Shown here: piece after piece, positions 50,428 through 64,000 of the stretch | How the letters are laid out: the number at the start of each line of letters is the position of its first letter | Numbering within the stretch: the first letter of the stretch is position 1 | NCBI GenBank assembly: GCA_037379345.1 | Contig: CM074511.1 | Span: 46,196,862-46,260,861, forward strand | From: Perna viridis | Lineage: Eukaryota | Reading direction: 5' to 3' | DNA: 64,000 nucleotides | The notes under the pieces: model-generated | Told to the model about the DNA's origin: nothing | The model's input: only the letters and a program-made list of their open reading frames with translations | The model's database searches: none | Position numbers and translations under genes: made by a program

Positions 50428-53400
50428 ATGAAAAAGGAAGGAAAACTTGAAGGGCAACGACCGTTTAAATTAGGTAACTTTCATAAAATGCGTGGTAAAT
50501 ACCATTTGAAAGGTTGGCATGTAAATTGTAACGGTTTTGAAAACTGAAGTGTCTTGGCTTACCGTCCGTGCGAGACCTGACAGGGTAGTCAAGGACGTTA
50601 AAAAAACCCTTAGTAGTAGTCTTGTCTTACTCAAGAAATATTGACGGAAGGTCAACGACGTCCTATATATGCAGATGCTCTCCAATAGGTATAACTCAAA
50701 ATAGTTCCAACAGAAGTGACGCATTTCAGATATGATGTAGTTAGGATACGTCCCCATGACTGGCGTGAGGGAATGAGAATATATGGAGTGTTACATTAAC
50801 ATTACTATGATGATGTATAGAGTTTGTTTTAACATTTAAGGCAGTTGCACAGCTTCCTGTGTTTTAGGAAGTCTTACATAATCCTGTTGATAGAAACAAA
50901 ATTGATATATAGAGTGCATTATCAACAATATCAATTACTTTTGTTATAAAAAAAAATTGTACTTGAGTGAAAATAGGTCTGTCCCTCATGGGCTTAGCCT
51001 AAAATTGTATTAGCTGCAGAACCATAACTCTTATGGTTCTTGGTCTGCAAAAAAACACCATAAGGTCCCGGAAAGGTTTATTCACAAGTCATAATAAACT
51101 CATAATAACAAAAAAATAAGGATTGGACTCCCATTATCTCATTCAGCAGTTGAATTTTACCATTTCATAGATAAACTTGTAAATTTTTGTAAATTATAAA
51201 AAATCATCCATTTTTATGCTGGGTGTAAAATGAATTACACTGTCAGGCCTTTCATTAAAAGGTGGTTCTAGGTTCTTTCAACCTTCTGTACTACTGAAAG
51301 GTACCTCCAGAATACAAAATTTCATATTATGTTTATAAAAAAAAATTTTGAAAAGTACAATGTAACTCCTACAAAACCATAGTATAACCATAGGTACCAA
51401 TACTGGAAAAATTAATGAAACCTCTGCATTGTACTCAGGATAGAAGTAAAATTTCAACAAGTTAAACAGTTAATATCCAGTATTTATAACTCTAGGTGCA
51501 GAGAAAGTTAACTATCAGGAAAGGCCTCCAAATTTTGTCCAGATATTGGTACATGTAAATCATATTGAACAATGATATGTATACAGTGCTATTCATTTTC
51601 CTCATTTCGTTGTGGTGATACATGTATTTTGTAGTGTGCTCTTGAAATGTGTTGGCCTTAAAAATCCACTGAAAATAAGTAACTTTAGGAACTCTTTCTA
51701 CATAAAGACCTTATCTGTACTTGTGTTTAATATGAGATCAGGCTTGTCTTAAGAGGGACAGCAGCTTAAACATCATAAATATTGATAATTGTCAAGTTCT
51801 GAATTAGTTACTTATTCTGAATATTGTTGCTCTCAACGTTGAGCGTACAGTCTATTAAATTAGTATTATTGTCATCTAAGTCTCATAGGATTTTGCTTGC
51901 CTTTAAGAATTAATTTTAACGAGAGTGCCTGAGCCTTCTTCCACCAAGGTTACCAAATGTTAATAAAAGATATAGAAAATAATTGTATATTGACTAGAAA
52001 TAAAAACAATATATGGATGAGGCTTATAATTGGTGGAAAATGCAAGGCTCGCTGAGATTTGTGCCAAATTTGTACATCATTTTTATTTCTAGTCAGTATA
52101 CAGTTTTATTTTCTTAATACTTGAATCCTTATCATTTTTTAATCAAGTAATATTTTTATACGACATGTTTTTTTATATTTCTTCCCTACTTGTGGCCTCC
52201 GATAGTGACTCTACGATTAACAGGTATTTCATGCAAAGGTAGGAAGTTCCTTGGGCCCAAAGTGTTATATACTGTCAGTGACCGTATATCACCAATAAAT
52301 ATAGTCAACACGTTTTTGTTGCTCAAATAGAACAATTGCAGTATAAATATGAGTTGTTGGTTACCAATCTCAATAGATTTAAAGGGAGCTTGCTTACATA
52401 GCATATAGTCAAGAAAACTTGTTTATCAGTATGGCATATGATGATTGTGTAGATAAAATTAGAGTATGGAAAATTTGTTGCTATGATGTATTGCATATCT
52501 TTCCTTTAGAATTACAAGTATTGCTGAATGCTCACATAAAAATTGCATGAGTTTTTTAGACCTACAATGGAAATTTTCCATTATTATATGTCAACAAGTA
52601 AGGTTGGGAAAAAAATAGAATTTTCAAATAGACATTTTCATTATTATGACCTATCAAATAATATAACCTTTTTGTTTAAACATCAATGAAAATACTGTGT
52701 TACATTTTATTATTATTGTAGCTCACCAAACATTATGTATTAGGGCTATCAACTTTAACACAAGATCAGTTGCGGTAAGTATTATCATTAAGAGTGGCAA
52801 AAAGCTTCATGTTGATAGAAGTTATGGAATGGAATGATTTATTGTAATGACATACACCTCTTCAGTAAAACAAACGAAGACCATCAGATTGGATATTAAA
52901 TTGACTAAATTTGTCTTATGATAGAAACTTTTTGGAATGAATGAATAAGGCGTGTTTAATCTTATCAAATGTAACTCTTGTATCATTGAAAATGTATGCA
53001 TCTGTGTATAATGTATCAAACAATTTGTTTACAGGGCTATGTAGAGTTAGCTTTGCATCCATTGGTTCCTAATCTAAGAAGAGTTAAGATCAACAGTAGG
53101 CAATGCAATATCCTTTATCCGTACAATAATTGTACATATTCAGTGTTTTTAAATGTTTCCATGGGAAAACCGCTCATAAAGATTAACTATCCCACCAAAA
53201 ATTGCACTTACCCTGTGTGACAGGAAAATGAAATCCTAGAAAATTGGCAATGTTATCAAGAATTAAATTCTATGGGAAAAGATGAGATCAGTCAAGAAAA
53301 GAACACCATACATTTAATGTGTATGAACAAACAAGACTATTGATTGGTCAGGTTTAGGTAAGCTTTCATGTTTTTCTTAATCTTCTTGCTTACTTGCTTA

Positions 53401-56400
53401 TGCTGTGTTAAATTACATGAACTTCAAAAGAGCTTGGTAAGTAAAAGTTGTCAATTTTATCTTTAGTACTGATATACAAAGTATTTTATAGTTTGTGTTC
53501 TGTGGTCTCAATTTTCTTTTTTCTTAACTGGTTCTAAGAATTTACCATGTTAGTATCAATGAGCAATGGGAGGCCAGGTTTCTGTATAATGATCCATCAC
53601 TAGAGGTGTGTCAGGGAGATGGCAAACAGTAAGTGTAACATGAAAAGTGAATAATCAAGTAAAAACATGAAACTTAAAAATTGCTAAAGTCATCCCTCAG
53701 TGTCACTTCTGTAGCACACATAAAAAAATACAATTATAACATTAACTAATATAATAACACCTCAGTATGATTATCTACTCAAATATAAATAAATCTAGTA
53801 CAGACAAGTGATTATCAAATATCTTTTCAAAACCATTTTAGTTTACAGACATAAAGATATTTTGAATACCGGTAAATAAAGATAAAACCAAGTTCTGGTA
53901 TTCATTTTAGACGTAATCTGGATTATTTCCAAAACTTCCATTTAACATCAATGACATCAGTTGATCCAGATACTGGGAATGGAGAAGTTACCATCAGACT
54001 GCCACCTGAGACACACTCATTATTAGCAGGTAATACATTAGGTATTAGTCCATCCAAACTCTTAACATTCAAGATAATGTAAATCATTTATAACTTAGAA
54101 AAGGGACAGACTTGTTTTTTATCAGCTAAGGAAAGTTGTTTAAAAGAGTAATCAAGGGAACCAAGGTTATAGCGGTAATCAAAAGAATGTAATCCAGGGA
54201 CAAAGACCAGACATGGAAAACAGACATACACAACAAAGAACATAAAGTAACTAAAATCATACATACAAAGTAACAAAAGCAAATGAGCAACTTGGACTCC
54301 ACTAAAAACTGGGAGCAAAATATCATAATGTTTTTGCTTGCAGCCTTGTACATCTGTGATCAGATGAAATGAAAAGGGAAAACAGCTGATTGTGTTTCAG
54401 TATAAACTTTTAATTTGAATTTTATTGTTTACATTAATGTTCTCTTATGTTTATACTGTTTTAAAATACAGTGGTTGAATATTCTTTGTCAACTGAAATT
54501 ATGTTTAAGTCAATGTATAACTTATCTATAAATTGTTTGTAGAAATGCGTCCAATCAAACTATGTATAGAGTTTTCTCTGGAGCAACCAAAAGGAGGTAT
54601 CCATTTTGTTACACCAAACATGGAGGGTACCCCAGCAGAGAGATGCTGTCATTTGTTTACATACACCAGTCTGTTTGAAAATTCATCCAGGTTTGTATGC
54701 AACTTCTATTTTGGCTTACCTTGACTAATGGTCTATATGAACTTTCATCGTCACTTGGCATCCATCATCATCATTGCCCTTTGTTGTCAACTTAAAAAAA
54801 TAGTACTCTAAAACCAATGTTAGAATTACTATGAAACTTTACATATTTATCTTCATCCCGTCTAGTATAATTTTGCCTTGTTTGACCAATTGATTTCCAT
54901 TTACATTTGTATATAAATTTTTAAAATAAGTATCTCATTGGGAATTCCTGGTTTAACCACTTTAAAGAAAACCCTGACAATAGGGATATACATGTAGGAT
55001 GGCCACCATAGCTTAAATGGAATATAGAGATTATTCAGCAGCTTTTATAAATTACTTAAATTTGAACTAGAGTGAACATACCTATTTGGTTACTAATTTT
55101 CGAAACATTTTATGTACCAATTTTAAAGTTATGCCCCTTGAAACACTGTTTTTTCATACCACTGATTGATTTTTTGGAGGTTATGACACCTGCTGTTTTG
55201 GAATAATGGGAAAGTAGCTTTAATACAAGCATTTTTGATTCACCAGACAATAAGTGGAGTATGAATGTATTGATGTCTATGAAGTTGTAACATAAGGTTC
55301 CATGTTACAAAGTAGGTTAGAGTTGATTTTGTGGATAATGGCTTTAACTGTAAAAACAGGCAAAAAAATTGTTTTTGTTACTTGTTATCAATAATTTAAT
55401 TATAAAATGAAATAGTATCACAGTTGTGCCAAAAAAGAAAGGTTGGAATTTGCATTAAATGTGTAAACTAGAACTAGATAAATGATAAGTATATATTAGA
55501 AGAATTATCTAGACTACTGCAAAGGGATTACTTTGCATTTATTAATCACATGGTAATTACTTTGTGGTTATTGTACATGTACTATTAATAGGTTGTCTTT
55601 ATAATTTACCCAGGATGTGGTTCCCTTGTGTAGACTCCTACTCTGAGCCATGTACATGGAAGATAGAGATAACAACAGAAATGAACATGACAGCTGTATC
55701 ATGTGGTGACCTTATAGAGGTCGTACAGATGCCAGACAGAAAGAGCAAAACATTTCATTACTTCCTGTCGACTCCAACAGCAGCTCCTAACATTGCCATG
55801 GCAGTTGGGTAGGTTTATTTTTTTCATTATGTAGACTTTAAAAGAATTTTGCCTTTAACCATTTTGGACTGCTTACTTGTCAAAGTTGTTTTTACTATAA
55901 CATTACAATCTTCAATGCAAAATATTTTTAATATTATAAAAAACACACATTAGTTAATACGAAGAAACTAAGAAATCCAGAAACTCCACACTAAGCAATC
56001 ATCTTACATACCCTGGATTTTATTATTCTCACTGCTTTTAGAATAGGTACCTACATGTAACATATATTGTATTGATAAATGAATCTTTTTTGTAGTTTCT
56101 AGTAACTAAGAACAATTATTCAGCATATAAACTGACAGTGAATCTTAGTGAATGATTAAATATCAAAATATGAAGCCTTTGTTTCTTTTTATAATGTTTT
56201 TTGTAAAAATTTCCAATATAACAGAAGGGTTTTAAGATTATTTACATGTATAATAACTATATGCCCCAAAAATCAGTTTCACATATTTAAAAATTAACAT
56301 GGAACTACAGTTAACAAAAAGAGAAAACTCCGTGCTATTTTTGTGCTAGTTTTCATATATTTCAGTTATGCTTAGTTGAACTTTTCTTTCAGGCCATTTG

Positions 56401-59400
56401 AGATTGTAGTGGATCCTAACATGCATGAAGTCACACACTTCTGTTTGCCCCACCTAACAGAAATTCTAAGGCATACGACAGGATATATCCACGAGGTAAT
56501 TGTTGTTAACTTTAAAATGTTCTACATGTGACCCTAAGTCTGGTATTGATATGTAAAGGGTTGTTACTTAAGAAAGAAAAAAAATCTTGCAAATATTCCA
56601 AAGTCAGATTAGTATTAGGCTCAATTAGAAAGCTGGTTTTGACCTATTATGTACAAGAAACCTGGCATCAATTGCACAAAAGTCATAAGTGTAGAGTTGA
56701 TCGTAAGTAATGACATCATAACAGAAATAGCATTGTTACATCATAACTTATGATCAATTTTACACTCACGACTTTGTGTGAAATTGACACCTGCTGTATT
56801 GAAAAACATTTTTGCTTAGGGAGGTGAATGGTTTTGCCAAATTAGGAATCGATTTTTAAAAAATTATCTGTTTATCAAATAAGTTAATCTGCAAGACTCC
56901 TTTATAAAAACAAGTCAGGATTTAAAATCACCACATGTCATCACTTACTACCTTTTTCCAGGCCTTTGAGTTTTTAGAAGAATCAATGTCAAGTAGATAT
57001 CCGTACTCGTGTTATAAACAAGTGTTCGTAGATGAAAGTTTCCAGGATGTTTCACCATTTGCCACAATGACAATATTTAGGTAAAATTTCATTGCATGAA
57101 CTTAATTTCACATTGAAGTTGTGTTAAATTTGAAATACAAATACATAAATATTTTGAGATAAAATTCACATAGGTTGGTTCATTTGCATTGCCAATATCT
57201 TCCAGTGTGCAAGAAATATTTTTTTAATGGAATATTTTGATGGAACCAATCTAGACCAGCAAAAACATGATAACATTTTATGTTTATGCAAGTTTCTTAT
57301 ATCATTTTAACAAAAAAATATTTTAAATATACATTTTATCATTGAACCATGTACTTATAGTGATGGAATTATGAATGCAATTTGCCAATGTTGTGATTTA
57401 ATGTTAAATCTGAGTACACCTATGATTTAGAACTACTATATTGCAGCACTAATTTACTCCACTCTTCACGGATCATTGACCAGACTATTGAAACTCGATC
57501 TCTCATGTCAGCAGCTGTTGCCCATCAATTCTTTGGTTGTTTTTTATCCATTGGAAGCTGGTGAGCTTGATTTGGATATTTGAATTTGATGCAGTATTAT
57601 TTTCGTCTGTGAATAGTGAAAATTAAAAATGTAGACCAAAACTTTACTAGATTAAGTTACAATGATATGACAACATTTGTCAATTTGAGTAATCTTTTGA
57701 TTCCATGAAGCTCTGCCTAATGTGCTAGAATTTTTACAGACTTAAGTATTATGCATTTTCACTATGTCAAAGTATACTATACTTGTTTTTTCTATACATT
57801 ACGCCTAACTTATATTTGCTTGTTTTGTTTTACTTGATTTTGCACTCTTCTACATTTTTACCAGGGCTGACGCATGGCTGACATTGGGGATATCAAGTTA
57901 TTTATCTGGTTTGTTTGTCAAGAGCAAGTTTGGTAATAATGAATACAGATATATGATGTCTAAGGTACATTTTTGTGATTCACTTATACATAGTTAAAAG
58001 AATTTAAAATTTAAGCGAAGCTATTTTTTTATTATTATTTTGGTAGATTACAAGGTTATGATCCTAAAACCTTGCTGTGAATTGACTGGCTACAACTTTA
58101 CTATTGATTTTAGGCACCATGTACAACTATTAAGATAGTAAAAACCATGTTGTCAGCTAGTTTGTTTGTTGTAAGTTTTAGGGTTTATTGTTGAAGAAAT
58201 TAATTTGAAATAAATACTGTAATCTGATTGGTTAAAATAATTTTGTTATATCTCAATGGATAAAAAAATATTGACATGCCCCTATTCAGTTAAATTCAGA
58301 GCTACTTTTCTCATTTTTAAAGATAAAAATATGTTTTAAAATTAATTTATAAGAATTGGCAATAATAATTATTTTGTTTATTGAATAATAACATAGATTC
58401 TCTATGTGCATATTTTGTTTATTGCATTTCGTGCAATAAACAATATCCACATGGAAAATTTATGTTATTTTTCAGTAGACAAAATTTTTATTATTGCCAA
58501 TTCTTAATTGATGATTCTTATATAATCATTTGAAGTAGATTTTGTAGTGTGTTTAGTATTAATTATTGAATGTTTTGTATATTTCGGAAAAAAAAACATG
58601 CAGTATATGTATTTGTACTAGGTATAAGTCTTTAACAGAATCTGAAAATATAAACAACAGTACATGTTTTACAGATGATGAAAGAAGTACAAGACTATGA
58701 ACATAGAGTTGGTGGTATAGTACTAGATCCTTCAGCCAAACAAGGAACACATCATTTCTCTGTCTGGCATAGACAGCTACTTTCTCCAAAATACTTTGAA
58801 ATTTTCCAGAAGAAGTCTCATCTTATTATGAGAATGTTTGAAATGAGAATTGGACAGCAGCTTCTCATTCAGGTGTATATTACTTGTGTTTTTATGACAG
58901 ATTAGGTTTTTTGGGCATTAATTTGAGGAACTATATAATTTCTATTCAAAACCTTAAAAGAATTTTTCTTCTTTAAAAGAATTAAGCAGAATGTAACCTG
59001 TATAATATTTGATAAAATGTGTGCTTTCAGGTGCCAGTAGGATTAGTCATATTTTTTTTAAAAAGATTTAAACTTTTTGAAGTGGTACAAAAGTAAATGG
59101 ATTATTTTTCAGGTACTGAACAAGTTATTAGCTCTAGCTATATCGTCAGCGCAACAGAAGTTCCTTGCCAACACTTGGGGAAACATGTTACTGTCCACAG
59201 CTTCAGTATGTATTCAGTTTGTTGTCATGATGGGTTGTATTAGGGTTTTATGGATTTTCTACCATTCAAAACCAGACATGCAGTAGTTGGCTACTTCAAA
59301 GTTCTACAATATGATGCATAGTTATCTGAACTTTCTATTTTGTGGTATATTCAAAGTTCTACAATATGATGCATAGATATCTGAACACTCTATTTTGTGG

Positions 59401-62400
59401 TATATTCAAAGTTCTACAATATGATGCATAGTTATCTGAACACTCTTTTGTGGTATTACCAAACTTATTATAGTATAAAAAGTAATTTTTATACTTTTGA
59501 AGTTGGGAACCCATTCTTATGAATTTACAGAATCGCACCATTAGACTTATAAGCCCCTTGTATACCATGTTATTATGAACAGTTTTAAGTTTAATTGAGG
59601 AATGACTATTACTAATATCATTCTCATAGGTGTAGGACTTTTATTTTGGTTATGCCTATTATGTATATAGTCTACATTGTGTAAATGCGAAAAACCAAAA
59701 TTAATGAGAAATTTGTTTATTGAAGTCATTACTTATAAATAACCTTAAAACAAATTTATATATTTGTTTCTGTTATTAACAATAATGGCTAAACTACTAA
59801 TTGTGAAGGACATACAGAGTAACTTAAATAAAGAAGTATCAACCCACGTTATATTTTTGTTCATTGACAAATGAAAACTTTTTCGACCAATCAAATAACA
59901 CATTTGTTGAATTTATGTTACTCTTCTGTTCATTATGCACCATGTGGTTACATAGGTTGCTGTTTATACTCAGTGAGTACAACATATAACATAAGAAACG
60001 TTTGACTTTCACTTTTATTACAGTTCACCAAGATAATATCAACAGTCACTGGGAAAGACATTCAGCCATTTTTAGATTTGTGGGTGTATCCTTATCTTAT
60101 CAATGAACATTCAGAGGAAATGCACTGGTATTTGAGATATTTGTTATCTTGATTGGCTGTAACTCTAATATTGTATACAAGTAAAATTATGTTAATGACG
60201 ATATATTTTGATCTAATTTCCAAATAGTTTTCTGGTTAGCTAGGTCTCCTTTAGCAAATTAGGTTACTTTGTCTAACCTGGTTTGGTACTGTCAGTTTTT
60301 ATCCACATGCCCAATTATGGTCGGCAAAGACACAACAAAGTATTCAGCTTCAAAGAAGTGTCACTATACATGTACCTTAACTTTATCCCAGATCACAGAG
60401 TGGATGCGCTCGTTTCTTTGGAAGTTTTATTTTTAACAGAAAGAGAAATGTGGTTGAGTTAGAAATCAAACAAGATCTGAGTGCCAAGGGAGCTTTAAAA
60501 TATGTGGTGAGTTCACTTGTATTTTTTTTTTTCTGACAGCTGAAAGATGGTTAAAAAATTAAGTATATCAGAACATAATAGTGAATACTCTACTTGATTT
60601 GTGAGGTTCACTGTAAGATAGATTTCTGTACATGTAGTTTGTTCTAATAGTAGGGTCAAAAGTAGAACATGTTGCAACAGTGAAAAGTTATAGACTTATA
60701 TTTTTGTAAGTATTTAATACATTCAGTTCACTCAGATTAGTATCTGCTTTACTAGGATATGGATGTGAATGTACGAACCAGTTTAAGACTTTTTTTCTAT
60801 AAAAATTAAATGATCAGAAAATTCTCATTTGAAAATTGTGTTGAATATTTTATTGCAGGGTCCTTTGACAGTCACCATTCAAGAACTTGATGGCTCTTTC
60901 AACCACACTTTCAAGATAGAGGAAAATAAAACCAAGTTTGACATTACATGCCATTCCAAAAGCAGGAGGTAGGAATACTGTGTTGTTCATACATATAATC
61001 ATTTGTTGCACTGTACAGACAAAAATTAATTTTATTTAGTTAGAGATCATCTCAGAGATGTTCTAGATGAAACCATTATTCCTAATCATTCTAAATTTTT
61101 ATCATGGTGAAGTAAGTTCCTTCATGTCTCTGTGGAATTTAAAATTTATATCTAATGAAGAATGTACTGGGCATAACTATTGGCAGCATGCAATCTTATC
61201 TATGCATTATACACATTGTACCTACCTTAAGCTATTATAACTTTGTAGGAACAAGAAGAAAAAGATACCTCTTGTGACAGGTGAAGAAGTGGATATGGAT
61301 CTGAGTGCTATGGAGTAAGATATTTCCTGTTATGTGTTAAGTGTTAATTATGTTTTATAGTTAGTGGTGCAGTGCTAATTTCTTTCTTTAACCGACTTAT
61401 TCCAATTATATTGCCATTAGTATGTGAATGTTGCAAGAATTAGAGCTTTTACTTTGATTTTGATTCATTTTTTATTTATTTCTTATCTTCATGTTGCATT
61501 ATGGGTATTCATTTTTTTTACTGGATCTTTCATTGGATTATTTTCAGTGCTGATTCTCCAGTGTTGTGGTTACAGATTGATCCAAAATTAGAACTTCTGC
61601 GTCAGGTGACATTTGAACAACCAGACTATATGTGGCAATATCAACTCAGATATGAAAGGGATGTTGTTTCACAAAAGGAGGTAAGTGTTTTTGCCAACTA
61701 CCAAGTTTTTTTTACAGAATTACTGATTCTTTTTTCTATTTGACACTAATACATACGGTTAGATGTAGTATAATAGTATTTAATATCATAAATTACATGT
61801 ATTTATCATACTTTTACCATATACATTTTCTTGTATTTCACCTTAGTTTGCCAATTTTTAGCTCTGATTGAAGGTCAATGTGATGAGAAAGTTGAACAAA
61901 ATACACTAACTTTACATTTTGGTTCTTTAGAATAACAATTAGTTCTCTACACAGGTATCAGTTTTAGATACATTGTAGGTTTCTTCAAGTGAAACAGCAT
62001 TAGATGTACTTCTATTTACACAGGGTACATATTGTGTGTGTCCTTAAAGGCTTATATTGTGAAATTTTTGTAGGCTATTGTTGCTTTGGAACATTACCCT
62101 TCACCAGCCACAAGGAAAGCATTGACTGATGTACTAGAGAATGAGCATTGCTTTTATAAAGTTAGAATTGATGCAGCTAGGTGTTTGGCAAAGGTAAGGC
62201 AATGTTAACTTTGTTCTATCATAATAGAAAAAGTTAGAATGGAGGGCAACATATTGAATACTGTGAAAATACTTTAATTCATGGATACCAATTTTCGTGG
62301 ATTTAGGAAGAAACACATGCTCGTGGGTTCTTGAATTCATTGTTAAGAGGTTTTCAGTATACACATCAATGGAAATCTCCTTTTTTTGTGGAACCAAATT

Positions 62401-63579
62401 TCGTGGTTTAGGTTACCCACGAAAACCCCAAAAATTGGTGACCCACAAACAAGAGAACTTTTACATTTATCAAATATAAAATGGACAAAGACATATGATT
62501 AATTTTTGCAATGCCATGGAAATTTTCAGTCAAGTAATATTATATAGTTATTGTGATAACAATGCAATCATATTGTTTGCAGTAGTAAACATTGCAATAA
62601 TTTCTGGATAATGTAATGTGTCACTCATTGAGTATTGCAATACAGCCATGAAAATAAGGTTTAACTTTCAGTAGCTTTATCAGGTTACCCTACTGGTCAA
62701 TACTAGAATCGAAATAAATCATTGGTGCCAATATCTATGCGTATCCTTGCAGATACAGTCAAACCTATCTTTAGTGAACTTCCAAGGGAGCACAAACTCA
62801 CGGTCACATAAGACAGGTGGTCTTTAGATACAGATTAATTTAACATGAAATGCACAACATAGGGATATTTTAATCATAGTCTTTTAAAATAGGTTTTGCT
62901 GTCTACAGACGGTTGCTAAGACAGGCTATATTGTCCTAAAAATAGTTGAATTATGATGTAAAAGTTCCTTGGTTTAAGTAATAAATTACAGAAACTCAAT
63001 TTTATCATTGTTTTACTGCAGTCTAGCTATTTATGTCCCTTGAAAAAATGAAGTTTCAGTGTTTTATTTTGATTCTAATAGCACTAGTGTCTTAATTATT
63101 TTTACGAAGCGCAGCCTGTGTGTTGCAAGTTATAGTGACTGCTATGGGGCAAAATAGTGACGCTTGTAAAATTAGGTAAAACTTATCTTTGACATCAGAA
63201 TTAAGACTGTCATACGATGACATAATCACATTGGTCACATGTTAATTAAAGTTTTAGCACAGTTATGGTCTAAAGACCCTTTAAGCATGTAATATTAAAA
63301 TTAAACATATTATTTTGAGGTATAGTAGCTTGGTTTGGTGTAGCAACAAAAAAAAGAAGTAAAGCAGTTTTTTACGACTGAGTTCTCTATATTTAACATT
63401 TGAAAAAAAATCTAACAGTCAATAATTCATTTTTACAGGTTGCTAACTCTATGGTGACTTCCTGGGCAGGACCCCCAGCCATGATGACAATTTTCAGAAA
63501 GATGTTTGGATCTCATTCTTGTCCAGCTATTATAAGACAAAACAACTTTACAAATTTCCAGCATTACTTTCTTCTGAAT
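50428..63579 (+). CDS. TAF2: TFIID subunit 2 (TAF2), 3'-partial, 20 coding exons
   Basis: Exons: 50428-50473 ([15 protein letters not shown]), 52722-52774, 53035-53107, 53538-53628, 53911-54029, 54543-54690, 55614-55808, 56393-56495, 56962-57080, 57447-57560, 57865-57964, 58675-58872, 59113-59205, 60024-60085, 60392-60506, 60859-60968, 61249-61314, 61548-61680, 62074-62193, 63439-63579. Translation gives TAF2 signatures [83 protein letters not shown]. The gene continues beyond the window. Confidence 0.96.
51973..52113. repeat. Palindromic element in TAF2 intron 1
   Basis: AGAAAATAATTGTATATTGACTAGAAATAAAAA pairs with TTTTTATTTCTAGTCAGTATACAGTTTTATTTTCT. Confidence 0.7.
53108..53537 (+). other. 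U12-type intron of TAF2 with AT-AA termini
   Basis: 5' site ATATCCTT; branch site TTCTTAAC at 53521-53528; only a 3' boundary after ...TTCTAA restores the frame (QC-R-IYHV). Confidence 0.8.
54140..54320 (-). repeat. Nin-domain SINE-like fragment
   Basis: Reverse strand reads CCCAGTTTTTAGTGGAGTCCAAGTTGCTCATTTGCTTTTG, resembling the mollusc Nin core (recognised from memory). Confidence 0.4.
54707..55150 (+). mobile_element. Degenerate HINE-like copy in a TAF2 intron
   Basis: TTTTGGCTTACCTTG...TCACTTGGCATCCATCATCATC...TTATGCCCCTTGAA resembles 6045-6120 and the internal unit. Confidence 0.5.
59295..59457. repeat. 3 x 55-bp tandem repeat in a TAF2 intron
   Basis: TTCAAAGTTCTACAATATGATGCATAG(T/A)TATCTGAAC at 59295, 59350 and 59405. 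Confidence 0.92.
60086..60391 (+). other. U12-type GT-AG intron of TAF2
   Basis: 5' site GTATCCTT; branch site CCTTAAC at 60375-60381, 10 nt before the intron end; restores W-V-SQSG. Confidence 0.9.
62261..62465. mobile_element. TA-CTGT type MITE fragment
   Basis: TA|CTGTGAAAAT... with repeated ACCAA(A/T)TTTCGTGG and inverted CCACGAAAA...AAAATTGGT. Confidence 0.55.
62756..62933. mobile_element. Tc1/mariner(pogo)-type MITE
   Basis: TA|CAGTCAAACCT...AGACAGGCTATATTG imperfect terminal inverted repeats. Confidence 0.5.
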
Positions 63580-64000
63580 GTGAGTTAATTGATCGTATAA
63601 TGCCTACTGATCAAAACTTTCTGTACAATATATTTTTTATTTATACACCCAACCCACTTTATATATCCACTCAACCAAACTTCTGTAGCATCAGGGTGTA
63701 TCTAGTATGACAACATGTGCAACTTTGTGTTAGTATTTACAACTACAAAAGCCTTTACGGTAATGAAAGATTGTGTTGTATCTTTCATGCTGCTTGATTA
63801 AATAACTTTTTACACCTTGGCGTAAAATTAGGGGTATTAATTTATTTTGATATTCTTCCATTGTTTTTCAATCCAGTTGATTTGTCGATTTATCAGTACG
63901 CTTCCAAAACTACATGATGGATTTTTTTGAAACATGTAGGACATGATAATTAAAAATGATATTGTACACCTTATTTTTTTTTCTTGTTTTTTTAACATGT

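Noticed and set aside
53108-53538. AT-AG reading of the U12 intron
   Set aside because: It shifts the frame (CKFTMLV...) and loses the conserved IY..IN...FLYNDP sequence.
62741-62748. GTATCCTT U12-like donor
   Set aside because: It lies mid-intron with no adjacent exon, and the flanking TAF2 exons join correctly through canonical sites.

Overview
AT-rich, intron-rich eukaryotic (animal) DNA. The dispersed repeats resemble those of bivalve molluscs such as Mytilus (inference). Three spliced housekeeping genes can be reconstructed exon by exon. (1) The 3' 14 coding exons of a DDX43-type DEAD-box helicase (+, 2952-14767; 5' part outside the window). (2) A complete ARFGAP1 (-, ATG at 48992, stop at 20735). 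(3) The first 20 coding exons of TAF2 (+, ATG at 50428, running off the window), head-to-head with ARFGAP1 across a 1.4-kb bidirectional promoter. Introns hold a decayed CR1-type LINE (PHD ORF1, APE-RT ORF2, plus an upstream SGNH-esterase-like remnant), many Helentron/HINE-like non-autonomous elements, MITEs, a Penelope-like fragment and minisatellites. The most notable observations are a tandemly duplicated 60-nt exon in the amphipathic region of ARFGAP1 with further candidate alternative exons, two minor-spliceosome (U12) introns in TAF2 (one with rare AT-AA termini), a foldback MITE inserted exactly at a YY1-like element of the bidirectional promoter, and a two-level minisatellite carrying 22 TGCATG motifs in a DDX43 intron. 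No rRNA, tRNA or CRISPR features are seen.
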